Origin: Raillietiella orientalis | Lineage: Eukaryota | DNA: 64,000 nucleotides | Direction: 5' to 3' | Assembly (NCBI GenBank): GCA_036172245.1 | Contig: JAYWIR010000010.1 | Span: forward strand, 1,054,001 to 1,118,000 | Shown: piece by piece, positions 1 to 13,420 of the stretch | Position numbering within the stretch: position 1 is the stretch's first letter | Layout: the number at the start of each line of letters is the position of its first letter | The notes under the pieces: generated by a model | Seen by the model: the letters and a program-made list of their open reading frames with translations, nothing else | What the model was told of the DNA's origin: nothing | The model's database searches: none | Translations under genes and position numbers: made by a program

Positions 1-870
1 TGGAGACGAATTTAAGGTGAAAGAGCTGGAGAGCATGACTCGAGAGAAACCAACTTTGAAAGGAAAACTGCAGCATTCGGATCGAAGTCAACGGACTGAG
101 GAATTTCACTCGCGAAATTCACCTCTGGGTCACCTGCAAAACAGAAAAAGTCTAATCCGAGTCTCTGGCTCGAGACCGGGGAGTGAGGTTTCGACGCGCT
201 GGAAGCGCTATCTGTTCGAGCCGAACGTGACGAAAATCGTTGATATCCTGGCAGCTAGATGGAAGAATTGGGCAACCAGTCGAAAGCCAGCCACGTATGG
301 AATTCGAAGACTTCCGGCGTGCTCAGCGCTCCACACGTCCGAATGTGTGCATTTTTACACGTGACCAAAAGCATGCTCAAACCCACGAATTCTGAACTCG
401 TGTGCACAGCTTTAGAAATCAAGAGTGGAGGATCTTTGCCTCTTAGAAATCGGTTGTCCATCGTCGTTGTTGAACAGAACAGAGAAGTTGATTCCGCAAG
501 AAAAAATACCTCTATGGAAACTGCGAGTGGGTGGCCTTCCGTGGGGTCACCGATGCCTTCAGGTTTGTCTCCTAGGCTCAAGAATATTCATTTTCCTAAA
601 CTACGTTACAGAATGATGGTCTGTTTATTCCCATGAAATGCAATGGTTGAGAAAGTCAATCAGTCCAAGGAGTCCACTCGCATCCACTCTGGGTAACTAC
701 CATTACCTGCTTCTACAAAACGGTCTTCTTAGATGTCTTCCAGGCTCGCGACTGAGATGAAGTTCCCATTCCGAGTAGGAGAGTTCCCTAAAGGAGGCAT
801 TCTTTTAGTCGGCTCCGACTACGCGCGTCCTCTGCAGCACTCGCGAATCCAAGAACCGGTCGCTGGAGGG
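1..870 (+). mobile_element. Decayed Helitron PIF1-type helicase relic
   Basis: Collinear degenerate PIF1 motifs across frameshifts: SMLKPTN (cf. AILxPxN), SPMPSGLSP (cf. SLxPSGLPP), CNG at 639-647 (cf. LCNGTRL), KFPFRVG...VGSDYARP at 760-831 (cf. QFPVRLAF...VGIxLxxP). Runs off the window start. Confidence 0.55.
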
Positions 871-1444
871 TTTGGGTCGAATCCCGGAGGGTAGGCACGC
901 CAGCAGCAGCTCTACACCTGGAAAACTTGGAGAAGCCTAGGACACAAAGGGGGAAGTGACGGTCAACCTGTGATTTCCAGAGTCGCTGCGATTTCGTTTT
1001 GAGAACTGTGCCCGCGTGACCTTTCAGGACAGATCGGTCGAATTCCCCATGGAAACTCTTTCATCCCTCATTGTGAGCGACAGACTGAAAGGAACTCAGG
1101 AGCAATCCATCCTCAGAGCAGGGAGAAAGAGGTTCTTCCTTCGTGGCGTAGGCGCCGCACCTGTGAGCTCCATTCAAGATCTTGTTGCGTGGAACGAAGC
1201 GCCACGGGGATCCTCTGCCACGGGCACCTCTTGCTGTTCCCTCGAAAGAGGAATCCGGTGGCTCCGTTCGTTTGGGCCACTGGCCAGGAACCCGCCCGCG
1301 CCTATAGGCCCACCACATTCTCCACTCGGGATCTCCTGCCTGCGAGTGAAGACGCCGGGTTGGCTGTTCCACCAGAGAGGCCGCCGCGAATGTCCGTGGC
1401 CGGCGCTCCCCTCCGGCGGTAGGAAGCAGCCACAGTTCCCTTTA

Positions 1445-1730
1445 GCTTCTGTCCTGCTCCATTCCATGTCCTTCCTCTTCTGTACCTGTTTCTCCAGTTT
1501 CTGTCCTGTTCCTTTCTGTGGCTCTTCCTCCCCCATTCCTGTTCTGTTCCCTTTCGTGTCCCTTCCTCCCTCGTCCGTGCTCCCCCAGTTTCTGTCCTGT
1601 TCTTTTCCGTAGCCCTTCTTCCCCCATTCCTGTCCTCCGCCTTTCCGTGTCCCTGGCTCCCCGGTCCGTGTTTCCCCTGTTTCTGTTCTGTTCCTTTCCG
1701 TGGTCCTCCCTCCTCCATTCCTGTCCAGCT
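1445..1730. repeat. Pyrimidine-rich minisatellite, 91-bp period, about 3 degenerate copies
   Basis: c(a/t)gtttctgt(c/t)ctgttc recurs at 1495, 1586 and 1677; internal ccattcctgt sub-motif also repeats. Confidence 0.85.
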
Positions 1731-4700
1731 CCGGACAGGAATTGAGGAAGTTTTGCCTCGTCATGCTCCTTGCAGTGCCGCTGCCCGTAGTCCACGCCGG
1801 TGGGGACCCGCAGTGCGACTGGTCTCCTGTCGTTCCGTAGCGCCGAATCCGACCCGCATCCGAAGCCTCGAGACGACCCCTGGGCGGTCGCTGTTTTGGT
1901 GGCCGCCAGCTCCCGTGTTCCCTGCGTCGCTTCTCCAATGCGCTTCACGAGAGGGTCGTGACCCTTTCTGATTCGGGTAGGCATGGTTGCCCTTTTCTAG
2001 GACGGATGGTGCCGAGGAGCCACCCGGAGGACGGTAGTTTCTCCAACCTCTGGACCAGGGACGTGTACCAAATGTCGGAAGTACCTCTCCTTCACATTGT
2101 CGCCACATGCAAAGCCTGCCAACAGGACGCGCAACCAATGTGATGGGGGAGGACAGAATTCCCTGTCATTCCCTTAGCCAGGCTGTTCCTTTCATTCCGC
2201 CCTCCCGACGAGGCTATACTTCCCCCGCACTGGGCCCTCGTTCGGGAACACCAGGCCCGGGAGAAACGGTCGCGAACTTGCCAAGGTTGTCGGCCATCTT
2301 GGATGGAGGTTCCCAGAGGACAAAAGTGCGTTGGACAAACACGCGGGGGACGCACACGGACGCCTCATGCGAGGCAGATTTTCCATGCTGCAACCGCAGA
2401 GCAGGCCGCGAAGAGGAGGCGCGCCCGTAGCAACCAAGTGGAAACCGAACTTCCCGCAGTCTCGTTCCCACGAAGGGCGCCGAGGAGACGCGTGTGTCGT
2501 CGCTCCGGCCCCAGCTGCGCGTGCAGCGGCGGAGGCTCGACCCGGGAGCGAGGCCGAGCGAATGCAGCGCTCAAGCGCCGGAGGCGATCCCCCGGCCGCA
2601 GCTGCGCCGCTCCCGCGGGATTCCCGCTGGCGGAAGGATCCGCGGAGAGTTCCTCCCCGCGAGCCCCGGCAGACCGCCTCGCGGAAAGGCGCCCTCCCGG
2701 AGAAACGCACTCGTCGGCAGGCGGCGCAGCGACCCCCACCTGCCGCGCGCGCTCTGGAGCCAGGGAGAGGCGGCCGAGCCCTCCGATCGCCGCCACGCCC
2801 GCGCGACCGGGAAGGTGCGGCTATCGGGTCCGAGAGGCGCCCACGAGGTGGTGGCGCTGCTCGCGCGGGGAGCAGGTGCCAGCCGCCTCCTGGAGAGTGA
2901 TTGCCGTGCGGAGTCTCCGAGGGGAACCTGCCGCTGCTGCGTTCCGCCTCCCTTACCTCCGGAGCACTCCACCAACGGCACGGTGGATTCCTGGCTTCCA
3001 GGTGTTTCTACGGGACGCGGAAACGCAGTTCGAGCTGGCGCCTGCCGACGGCGCGCGCGACCCTTTCGTGGCCTCTCCGTACCAGGGAGCGATCCTGTGG
3101 CGGAGGGTGTTTTTCCGCTTCCCTCCCCCCCCCCCACTCCCCTATTCCGGGCATCCGGGTCTCCGATCGCCCGTCGTTGGGGCCTTTTTTTTTATTTCTT
3201 GGACTCTTTCCGAGGTAACCGGAGAGGGCGAGTCCTCTTTGCTCCTTCCGGGAAACCCATTGCCGTGGGAAATGCGCCCCCCCACCCTCTCTCGAAGCGG
3301 AGAAGGCGAAACCGTGAGCGCTGCGGTCGTCTCGGTGGCCGACGTGGGGGGTGCTCGGCAGTTCGGCGATGGCGCCTCTGAGCATTCGGAGGACGAGGGA
3401 GCCGCACGAGGGCTCCGTGAAGGCGGGCGACCGCCGGGGGGAGAGGGGTGACCCGTCCGATCCTCCCTGTCCCTACCTGCGAATGGAGACCGAGAGGGAA
3501 AGCGGACCGTCCTGCGGCCGCAATGTGTCTCCACCCGACTGCTTCGTGGGGTGCCCCACGAGGCGTGTGGAGCGCCTCCCTTGATCCCGGCTCGAACCTG
3601 CGCGTCATCGGCAGCCGCCCTTCCTCGGGGAAACCGAGGATCAGTTTGGCCGACGGTCACACTTCGGGGGATCGAAACCCCTCCTTTCCCTCTGGAAACC
3701 GGGATGTGCTCTGAACTTCCCCCTCCCGCGCAGTCGGGAAGCGACCGTTCCAGCGCACGTTCCCAGTCCAGGTTTCGCTGTCCTCCTCGCGCTCCCGGAT
3801 CGACCCGGGATCGCTTCGGAGGGAGGGGCGGTCCGTGATGGAGAGTGCCCAGAATCAGCTGGACAATGGCAGGGCCGGTGGGTAGGAGAATGTCGGGTCT
3901 TCGGGAAGTGCCCGGCTCCGAGATTCCAGAAAGGGCAGGGGCGGTTTCCTGGTTCCATAAATTGAGGAACTGGGAGCCCGGGAGCGGCAGGAGAAGGGAG
4001 GGTCCGACCGAGCTCGGGCGGGACGGGTGGAGGGGGAGGTGCCTACGTTCGACCGCCGCTCCGCTGGCGACCACCACCGGGATGGATGGATCGGGGAGCA
4101 GACCGCCATGAAAGGTGGCCCTCCGCCCGCGCGGCAGCCGATAGCGACGGGCTTCGCTGGAGCATCTTCCGGAGGTTCCGACGCTGAGTCTGCACGCTCT
4201 TCGTTCGAGGTCACCGCCGGTGACCACTTCCGGCGCTGAGGGTCTCTGTTTTTGAGGGGGGAAAAAGATGACCGATTCCTCCGCGCGGGAAGAGCTTGCG
4301 CCTCCCACACGTCCGCAGTCGCCCAGTCCGGCAGCGCGCCTTCCTCGCGTTCCTTCGGGAAGGATGCCGTCACGGGGAGAGGTTCCTGGAGGGACTCGCA
4401 TTGCGAGGGAAAAGTATCCTGCTTCCTCGGAAGATTGTGCCGTCTCTGTCAAACGTAGCGACCTCGGAGGGTCCTGGTACCAACCCTGCCAAAAAAGGGG
4501 GAGCAAGGGAAAAGGAAAAAGAAGAGGCGGTGGTCCTGCACGCGAGGCGTCAGAACCCGCACGCGCTTCTTGGCGATTTTCGAGCGGGGGGGGGGGGAGT
4601 CCGCGACTGCGCGCACGTGGCCCCTCTTCTCCCCGTGCAGTATTTTCCGAGTGCAGCAGCAGCTCGGGGAGCGCCGCAGCGGCTCCGCGGGAGGGGAGGG

Positions 4701-5788
4701 AGAGGCACCACCGTGCGATGGCGACCTCTCCTCGCGCTCCCCGTCGCTCCCGGTGGAGTTCCGCGAAGAAAGGGTGGGCCGCGCCGCGCGCGCACGCTTC
4801 CGTCTCAATCAGAGCGCATCCGCAGCATGTCGGCACGTCACCGCGCGCGCTCCCTCTTTGAGCGAAGATGGATGCCACCCTCAGGGGTCGTTCGACTTTC
4901 CCTACGTATCGCGGGAGTTTCCGCCGCAGGCGCGCAGGCGCGCTCACCCGCGCGCGCGCATGTTTGCCGTTGTGTCACATGCTCTCTCTCTCGCATCTTG
5001 CCACGATTCCGGCGATGTTGATACAAGGGAAGAGTCTGCCCGTTCCCGCGCGCTCCCGGGGGCGACGCAGGGCCGTCTTCTGCGTTTTTCCTGTCAGCTG
5101 AACGAGAAAGACGTGCAATTTGGTGCATGACCGTGCCCGTCAAGCCCGGTGACGGATGAGAGGTCAAACGGTCAGGAGGTATCATTTGATATCGATCCAT
5201 GCGTAATGCGTCTCCCCATAAATTACACGTGTCCTGGGAAAAGCTAAAGATGTTCCGGGAGACGCAGAAGGGGGGAAAGCAGCGAACCCATTTCATCACT
5301 CATCTGGCCGTCGGGCAGGTAACGCCCTTCGCAGCCTCCGGGCGATGGGAGCGTTTCCTGCCGCGTCGGGGAGCCCCGAGATCATTGGCGGGCGGGTGGC
5401 TCCGGCGGGAGGGTCGCCAAGAGGGAAGCATTAAAAATGGATGGGAGGCAGCCGCGAGAGTGCGCGGGGAACACGCGAGGCGTTCCGCGGCGTCCGCTGT
5501 CCCGCCACCGGGTCAGCCTGTCGGACGTCCGCCTCGCGGGCGCGCTCACCCTCCTCGCTGGGGTTCGCGCGGAGGGCTTCGGCGGCGGAGGAAGCCGGTG
5601 GCTCTCCGAGGGAAACGAGAGCTTCCGGGACGCCGGAGGGGATCCTCCTTCCTTCCAGGCCAAGGAGCGTGCGCGAGGGGGGCTTTGCCGCCCCCGCTGC
5701 CGAGCTCGCCGCCTCCCGCGCCTGCGTGCTGCCTGACCAGTTCGAAGGACCGCAAAAGTCCCCGTTTCGGAGCGGAGTCCGAGGTCCC

Positions 5789-6073
5789 GCCATTTTTACC
5801 CCGTGGGCAAACCGACGACAAGGAGATTTCCGGGCAGGAAATAGGTCAAGAACCAGCACGCGGTGGCAAACCACGAGAAAGTCACACGTTCGGCATAAAC
5901 ACGTGAACCACGTACGAACCACGGCTCGTGCATATGCGCACTGAATATGTAATCAACCATATGTGTGTGTGTGTGTGTTTGTGTGTGTGTGTTGATTGTT
6001 GGCCCGTTCTTGACCGGTTGTTTTCTCCGCGGAAATCTCCTTGTCGTCGGTTTGCCCACGGGGTAGAAATGGC
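5789..6073. mobile_element. MITE-like element with about 65-bp terminal inverted repeats
   Basis: GCCATTTTTACCCCGTGGGCAAACCGACGACAAGGAGATTTCCG... at 5789 is the near-perfect reverse complement of ...CGGAAATCTCCTTGTCGTCGGTTTGCCCACGGGGTAGAAATGGC ending 6073; (TG)n in the spacer; no clear TSD. Confidence 0.8.
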
Positions 6074-6099
6074 AACTGCTATGAAGTGGAAACTTTCAA

Positions 6100-6315
6100 A
6101 TGTATGTGTGTTTTTGTATGCAGATGGAAAGATAGATATAGGTATAGATGTAGATACATGGACATAGGTACATAGATGTGTATGCACAGACACGTGGATC
6201 TACAGACGTAGATACATAGATGTGTATACATGGACATACATACATAGATGTACATATAGATATACATGTGCATCTATGTGTTTAATCTATGTAGACACAG
6301 ATATACATAGGTACA
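6100..6315. repeat. Complex (AT/GT/AC)-type microsatellite
   Basis: Degenerate tagatgtacataga/gatacata repeats directly after the MITE. Confidence 0.8.
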
Positions 6316-9300
6316 CACTGGTCGTATTTGTTATACGTGTTCTCTGTAAATGTTCTTCAACAGACTTGTGAAAAACTCGGGTTGATTTCTGCTTTTCGGT
6401 AATCAAATATGGCGGCTGCTTCATTGGTCCTGACTGCTGTGCCGCTGCGTGCATGGCTGCTGTGTGGGATCCTTCCACGAGCAACGTTTATCAGATCTTC
6501 AGTTCGTATGGCGGGCTCAGTCTTATTACCACTCAGCTAAAAAAAAAAGGCTCCAGTTTGCTGGGATGTCCTTTTTTTTTTTTTTTTTTTTCAAGGCCCA
6601 TTTTTTCATTAAAAAAAATTCGGCTTTCTTCTTGCCAGATCGCACGCGTTCGTTCACGATCGCAGTCGGTCGTGGAGGCTGCATCTTAAGACGCTGAATG
6701 AAACTCCGAAGCTGATGGATGCATCTGCTCCATTGCATCTGTCGGCGCGTGGCAGAGGACAAATCCTTTCACGAGGATTCGTGCCAGACTGAGCGCCGGT
6801 AAGGAATTTCACATTTCCCAGGTCTCGCAGCCGGAGCTGAGAGAGAGCACGTCCACGTGGATGCAAACAGATGCGGAATCCAACGAACGGATTCCAAATA
6901 TCCCGGAAGGATCATCTTTCCGCAGCCACCTCATTCCTTGATGGTGGGGTGTCGAGGGTCCAACGTGGCCCCGGTGTCGCATCTATTTAGATGAATGTCT
7001 TTCTCGAGTTCTTTCGTTTCAGATGCACAAACCACGCGTGCGTGTTTTAGCGGCGCATTTCTCGACACAGCCACCGATCTGGAGCTGTCTGCCAGTCGCG
7101 AGAACGCCCTCAGGAGCAGGCGTGAGCCGTGCGCAGTCTTCTGAACGAATCCGAGCACCTATGGGCAGGGGGTCTTTTGCCCGACCATCTCAACAAGCAT
7201 GCGTTTTTTTCCGAGGGGCTGAAGTGATCCTCCGGTGGAGGTGGCCCCTTTTATCTGGGCCCCATCCGCAGTGAGCAGGCACTCCAAACGGAGTTCCCTA
7301 ATTCGGAAAAATGGTCCGTTCCCTGCGCTGCCGGCGAACGAAAATCCCGGATCTCTTTGCCAAAGTGTCACAAACGAGTTTTCTCTCTCCCCTCCCTTTT
7401 TCGTGATCCGACGACATGGATCGTTGGAGCGATGCATAAAAAAACACACACCTCTGCTTCCGGTGCCTCATTTTGATTTGAAGCTAACTTGAAAATTGCA
7501 TGCCATCAATTTAAGGACGGAGCAACAGCGTGTTTCCTACTTTGTTTGCTGCAAATTTTTTTGCTGATTGCCCACAGAGGGATGTCTTTATCTGCAGTTG
7601 CCGGTTATTATGTTTCAAAATCTCTGGAGTGCGAATGAATGCCAGGAGAGTCCTGTCTATAAATTAACGGGGGTTTCGTTAAAAGCGCAGGTCTTTGTCC
7701 GCAAGCTTGAAAGCAGCCGCGTCTTCAGATGAAAATTTCGTCAGGGTCCTATTTATTCGAATTCGCCATCCCCATTTGCTGCCCCCAATCAAGGCGTACC
7801 GCATGGATCGCCATGCACTACGCACCCACGATCCAGACGGCAAATGCGATTCCTTTGATGACGCCCTTCAGGGACTCCCACGTTTCGGTTTCCGATTTGA
7901 TTCGAGGAGGCAAATCTCATGCTGTGATCTGAAGCGATCAGCACGGATTGAGGTGGAATCAGCCGGATCGTGTTGGTGCGAATCAAGGAGAACACATGCT
8001 GATGGGCACACTCTACACGTGCCCCCCGGGATATTTCCTTACAGGCGCTTCGAAATCCGTCAGTCGATACCCACTGCAGGGACGAAGGAACGGAAGGAAG
8101 GAATGGTGGTGGGTGGGTCCCTTGAGACCTCACGGGAAAGGAAGCCCTCCCTCCAAAGTGAATCCACCCAGCAAAGCTGAAGGGAAACGCTGGACTGTTC
8201 CAAGTCGAAAGAGAAGATGGAAAATCGAGAGATGCTCGTGCAATCTGCAGAGCTTCCTATTCTTGAAATTCTCGGTCATCGTCCGACCAAAAAGCAAGGA
8301 TTCAATTCGACTGAGGCGCGTCCAAAGTCCACCGGGACCACCTTTGTCTGCATAATGCCAGTTTGATCCCCCGTCCACGGAATCCCTCGGTAGAAGGCGG
8401 AAGAAACTGAACGGAATCCTTGAACGGAAGGGGAACTTATAGAGCGCCACCTTCCCGTCCGTCCGTCCACGAGGACCGCATCCACCGTTGTGAAGCAGCG
8501 CATCTTGCAAACGGTTCGCCTTTCAAGCGGTTTGCTTCACATCTGGGATGCCAAAATCACGCGAGCAGAGTGGTTCCTCGGATGCGTAAGAATGACCACA
8601 CCATTCGAACCCCCTTGTAAACGCAGTGATCCTCACCGAAACGCAAATCAGAGAGCTAAATGAGCCGGTGCCGTGGTCCGAATGGAGCTGGACAAGGGAT
8701 AGCTGCCTGTATGTGCCTCGTGAAACCGGCTAGGATCAGTGCATAGCACCAACAAAAATTAATGTCGATCAGCGGCGTCCGCGATGCGGACGAGCATGCT
8801 CTGCAGCACTGAACTGAGATAAATATCTCATGGTCCCGCAAGAGAGGATGCAGAGAGTCTTTCGGTGGGTCACCACGAGGGGAACTGTGCTTGCCAAGAT
8901 GCTCTCTGCTGCAGTTTCCCACTTTTTCCCCACTGAAGAAAGGCATGCCCCACGCCGGCATGGAATCTTCATGGAGGTGCATGCTGCCGTGATGATGGTT
9001 TCTAAATAATTGGAAATAATAACTGTCTTCATGGGAATGAGTACCCATCGATCGGTGCGCCAGATAATGCGCACCAGCACGTTTCTTTCACCGAAACTGG
9101 ACAGAAGCTTTCAGCAGAATCGGTAACCCATTTCCAACGATGTGGTTCGGCGAATCAGAAATAAGGAAAGGTATGTACTACGAATGTAAAAATTCCAGTT
9201 CCAAAGACACGGACGATGAGGAACAAATCGGGATAAACACCTTTAATAAACGCGCCGCCACTGCGAAATGGGGACTTTGAATTCTGTTCAAGCACTTATC

Positions 9301-11479
9301 CGAAGCTCCCATTTTCGAATGCTTGAAAAATTGGGATTTATTAAAATTTCATGCACAGCGTTTGGGGCTCCACTGACCTCATAAAATCGTATCTGCTCCT
9401 CTTCATCTGCCGAAGACAACAGCAACAACAACAAAAAACACACACATTTGAACCCGTGAATTCCTTATCAATGATTTCATCGCTCGTTGGGATCAGTTCC
9501 ATCTTATTCACAACCGATCCTTTGAAGGGCTCCCTCGAATCGACGTGCAGATGCAGCGGACACGAACTCTGTCCTCAATCTTACGGCACCCACCCTTAGT
9601 TCAAAGAGTCTCGAAGGATTCCACCCTTTCGGTACCCAGGTGCTGAAATTTTTGCTCATTCTCGAGCCAACACCCTGGAATTTCTCATCGCTCAAGATCA
9701 GTGCATCTTCCTGTTGCGTTTTGCTTCCATCTGTCTTCTCCTGAAAAGCAAATTGCCCTTTTGTTCTGCCTGCTTTGCCTGATTTTGGTGAAAAGCGGAA
9801 AAGAATTATCCCATCTTCTATCAGAGTGCGTCGTAATTTTCGCGTCTCCCAGCCTTGATGTGATTTTTTTCTGCGTCATCATTTGCGTTCCGTTCGCTCG
9901 TCTATTTATTCTCGGGTAAAACAAATCTTCACTTATCTGTGCACCCCCCAAAAAAAAATGTCTGGTCTTCATCTGTACCACGCTGAAATCACCATACTCT
10001 GCTGAGAAATCTGGTTCACATCCATGCAAAGTAATAATAATAATAATAATCCAGCATAATTTGACAAAACGAAATGATTCAAAGAGAAGGACCGAAGCTA
10101 CATGCTGCCTGGTTTTGTGGTCACTTTCCTTCAAAGCATCACGCGTTTCCGTGCTTTCTCTTCTATCTTCAAACGAGAGCTGTGCTACAGAGAAATTTGA
10201 ACGAAGCAAAAGACGATGAGAGCGCAGGGAGCCCAGGAGTGAAACCAAGCATTCCACTCGGATAAGTTCTTCTCCCGGTCACGCCGGGACGTCCATTTGT
10301 GGAAGCAAACGAACGAGCAAGTCGGTGGGAACTGAGGTCCCGGAAAACAGCGAAAGGAAGTTCAAAGGGAAGGTTCACGGGCCGGGTATTCAGGAAGTCC
10401 GGAGCGCGAGATAGAGGGACAATAAATAAGAGAACAAGAAAAAGGAGGGGGGGAGGAGGATAGGGACAGGGGTCTTTGGCATAAGGCACTCTTTCCTTCC
10501 TGAAACCGAAGCTGAATGGTGGCGACCTCCCTGGCAACTTCTTCTTCCTGGTGAGGCCACCGCTCAGCCGTCCCCGTGTACGCGGCTGCCTCCCTCCGTT
10601 GTGCCCAGGACTGCAGCACGGAGTGCGGCGCCTGCCGAGAGTCATCTGCGCCGCGAAGGATCGCCGCAGCCAAGTCCATGGCGGTGTCCCTCCTGAGCGC
10701 AGGAGCACCGAAGGCGCAGCCTCCGTCGCAGTTCGCGGGCAACGGGCCCGGAAACGATCCGGGTCGCCCCGCACCCGGAACAATTCGGGAGCGACATTCC
10801 CGGGAAAACAGATGCCGACGCTGGTTGCAGCGGGAGCTCCAGCGCGGGAGCAGCAGAACATTTTATCTCTGCCTTAAGGGAAACTTCGGAGTGTTCACGC
10901 GCAAAGTAGGGACTGCGAGTGCTTCGGGGGACACACCCAACAACTCACCCCGTCGAAAGAGTCCTTTAGACCGGGAACGAGGAACGGCGGCGTTCACTAA
11001 CGCGCCCTTCTACCAGCCTTCCAGGAATTTCGCAGCCCCTGCAATGGTGCGGGAGACTTCCCATCCTGCCGGTAGGCTGTTGGTGTTGTTTGCCCTGAGG
11101 GCAGGCAGAGCTGCGGCTAGCAATGTGGCCTCCAGGCGGGGCCGCTTCGTCCAGTCCTGCAGGGCGTCTCCGAGCGAGCGGCGAAGGGGAGCGATGAGCA
11201 AGTAAGGGAGGGGATGCAGTGGTCACGAGGACGATCATTTCTACCTTTCAGCTCCCCGCTGCAGGGAGCAGCTGCAGAGAATTCTGTGGATCCGGATCTG
11301 CTCGGCCTTCGGCGTTCCAGCGCGCCACCGAGGATTTCGGTATCCGACGCGTGCCAGAAACACAGGAAAGCGGCTCGTGATACGAAGGAGCGAATCTCAG
11401 CTGACTTCACTCTCTTCAACCCTTCGGGTCTCATCAGATGTTAACCACTTAGACTCACTGCTGCCGCCAGGGCCGACCT

Positions 11480-12200
11480 TCACTGAGTGAGGACGCATTT
11501 TGATGGCACGAAGTAACTCTCTGCTGCTTTTTCTTCCGAGGGCGGATGCGGCTGGGTCCACGAAGAGACGAAATGATTTTTCGCGTGTGTGCTGTTCCGA
11601 TGTACGGAGTCCTTAGAGCAAAAGTTCTCAGATGCTGGAACGTTTCGGACTGACATTCCAAAAGTGGGGCTACGGCGTGGTCGGATTTCCTGTATTCCTT
11701 GAAGCTGTTCCATCATCCTCTTCTCGGCAGAGCGCACCGCGGACCCTGCTCGTAAGCAGCAGGCTCCATCGGATACAAAGAAACTTCGGAACCGAGTTTG
11801 ATCTCCAGAGTACAACAACATCAAATCGTACACAGCTGTAATCCTACAGGAGTGTGCTTTTGTTGCCAGTAAGAAAGTTCCCCTGGCCTCTTCTGGGATC
11901 TCTGGCTCCACCTCTCAAGTCTTTAACCGATTGCTGCACGCGACATGTCGGCATTGAGTGGATTCCAGACCCACAACGGCTCTTCTGCAGCGAAGCGCAG
12001 TAAGGACATTGGACTTTCTGGAATATTAAGGATTTCCAGTGGAAACTCTCATAGTAGAATGCCTGCGAACATGCCATATCAAAACTGCATCTCTGAATTC
12101 AACGAAATGTAATGTAATGGAGATCTCGACATCTTGAAAAAAATGAGCATCGATTGATATGCGGAACCATTAAATCATTTTGTCGGAGGAGGAATCGTAG
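11480..12200 (-). mobile_element. Highly decayed piggyBac (PGBD-like) transposase relic
   Basis: Collinear fragments over several frames: INRCSFFSRCRDLHY (cf. MSRNRFFxIRxxLHF), IFQKVQCPYCASLQKSRC (cf. KFxKVRPxxDxIRxxC), VYDLMLLYSG (cf. VYDFxLYxG), FQHL...YIGTAHTRK (cf. LxxL...xxGTVRxNR). Low identity. Confidence 0.4.
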
Positions 12201-12229
12201 AGTTTTCCTGGAACAGCATCGTCCTTTTG

Positions 12230-12800
12230 CTGCCTCTGCGATGAGAATGGGGAGCTGAGCTTCGCCGAGCTGCTGAGAGCGACATCCCTCCGGAGGTGAA
12301 GTGTCTCCCTGAGTGCTGGAACAGTGCAATCCTCCCCTCAAATAGCAGGAGCTGGCGTTGCTGGTGGTGCATGGGGGAATCCCATGAGAAGCGCGCCTTC
12401 GTCACTGGACACGAGAGGAGGTGGACGTTCAGAGTGAGACAGGTGCGGGAAGAAGGAGACCCTGCCACCCTTGCTGTTGGACTGTGCTGCCCTCCGACAC
12501 CTATAAAATCGCCTCGAGATGATCCTGAGAATCCCGGGGCGGACGGCCCCAGGGACATTTTCGGACGCTTCTTCGCTCGAGGTGCAGCACTTCCGCCGGA
12601 GCGTCCATCTCAGCCTTCTGTTGTCTCCGAGAGACCACGGCGACCTTGAAAGCGGGAAGAAGGCGAAATGGCAGGGATGCCATCCATTGCATTGGGTGCA
12701 GATCTTTCTGAGAACCGCCTCGAGATGGCCCGACCTGGGCGCTACACGGAGGAACTTGCCAGCATCCTGAACAGGATGCAGAGGACGCCTGGCAGCGTAC
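12230..12800 (+). mobile_element. Decayed non-LTR retrotransposon (RTE-like) reverse transcriptase relic
   Basis: SDIPPEV (cf. GPDxIPxEV), LPECWNSAILP (cf. PxxWxxSxIxP), DTYKIASR, LHWVQIFLRTASRWP (cf. LHxVFIDLEKAxDRVP) in RT order. Confidence 0.45.
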
Positions 12801-13019
12801 CGTGATCCCTTCCTCCTTCCTCCCTCCCCCCCTAACCGTGTATAATTTCCCCTCCCCTGTTCTTGTATGTTTATTTTTTTTTGTTTTTGTTTTCTCCTTC
12901 CCCCCATGCCGCAGAAGCGGATCTCGTCGGTCTGCGCGCCGCTCTTCGGCAGATCACTTGCACGTGGTAGAACCAAAGGCCCAACCACAAAGAACGTATT
13001 ATTATTACTTTACGTAATA

Positions 13020-13420
13020 AGTGCCCGGCATAATCGGGTGAGAGTCCTCCTGAGAATGACCTTCCATCGCCGAAAAATTTAATGAGCAGGTTGATGTCCC
13101 CCTCTTCTTCCTCGCGATCCGCAATCGCTCTTCTGATGGGGACCTTCCATCGCTTACCACGGAGCTGGTTGATCCTCCCCACGGGGGTTGCTTCTCCAGA
13201 GTGCGAGGAGAGCTATTCGGAGAAATCGGGAAGCGTCCCTTCGGGGCTCTCCTTCGAAGAGGAGGAGGGAACGAGGGGGCGGATCCCTTCCGAGTTCCCT
13301 CAGGAAAGGAAATTCCAGGAGCCGATCCTTTCCGCGGTTCCCTTCGGGACTCCCTACCAAGCTTCCTCCGGAGCGTTCCTGGATTCATGGGGTGATTCCT
13401 GTGGACCTTTCCCTAACTCT
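13020..13420 (+). mobile_element. SINE-family body copy, 5'-truncated
   Basis: Shares ggagctggttgat...ctccagagtg...gaaattccaggagc..atccttt...gcttcctccggagc.tt.ctggattcatggggtg with the copy at 28862-29555 (-), and several of these blocks with 51725-52310 (+). Left boundary approximate. Confidence 0.75.

Noticed and set aside
2192..5130. Very long overlapping ORFs on both strands (up to 601 aa)
   Set aside because: Arg/Pro/Gly/Ala-rich, open in many frames at once, no recognisable domain; expected in GC-rich DNA.
7789..8400. Possible MULE transposase remnant (STDGFRSACKEISRGARVECAHQHV)
   Set aside because: A single weak motif without convincing collinear support.
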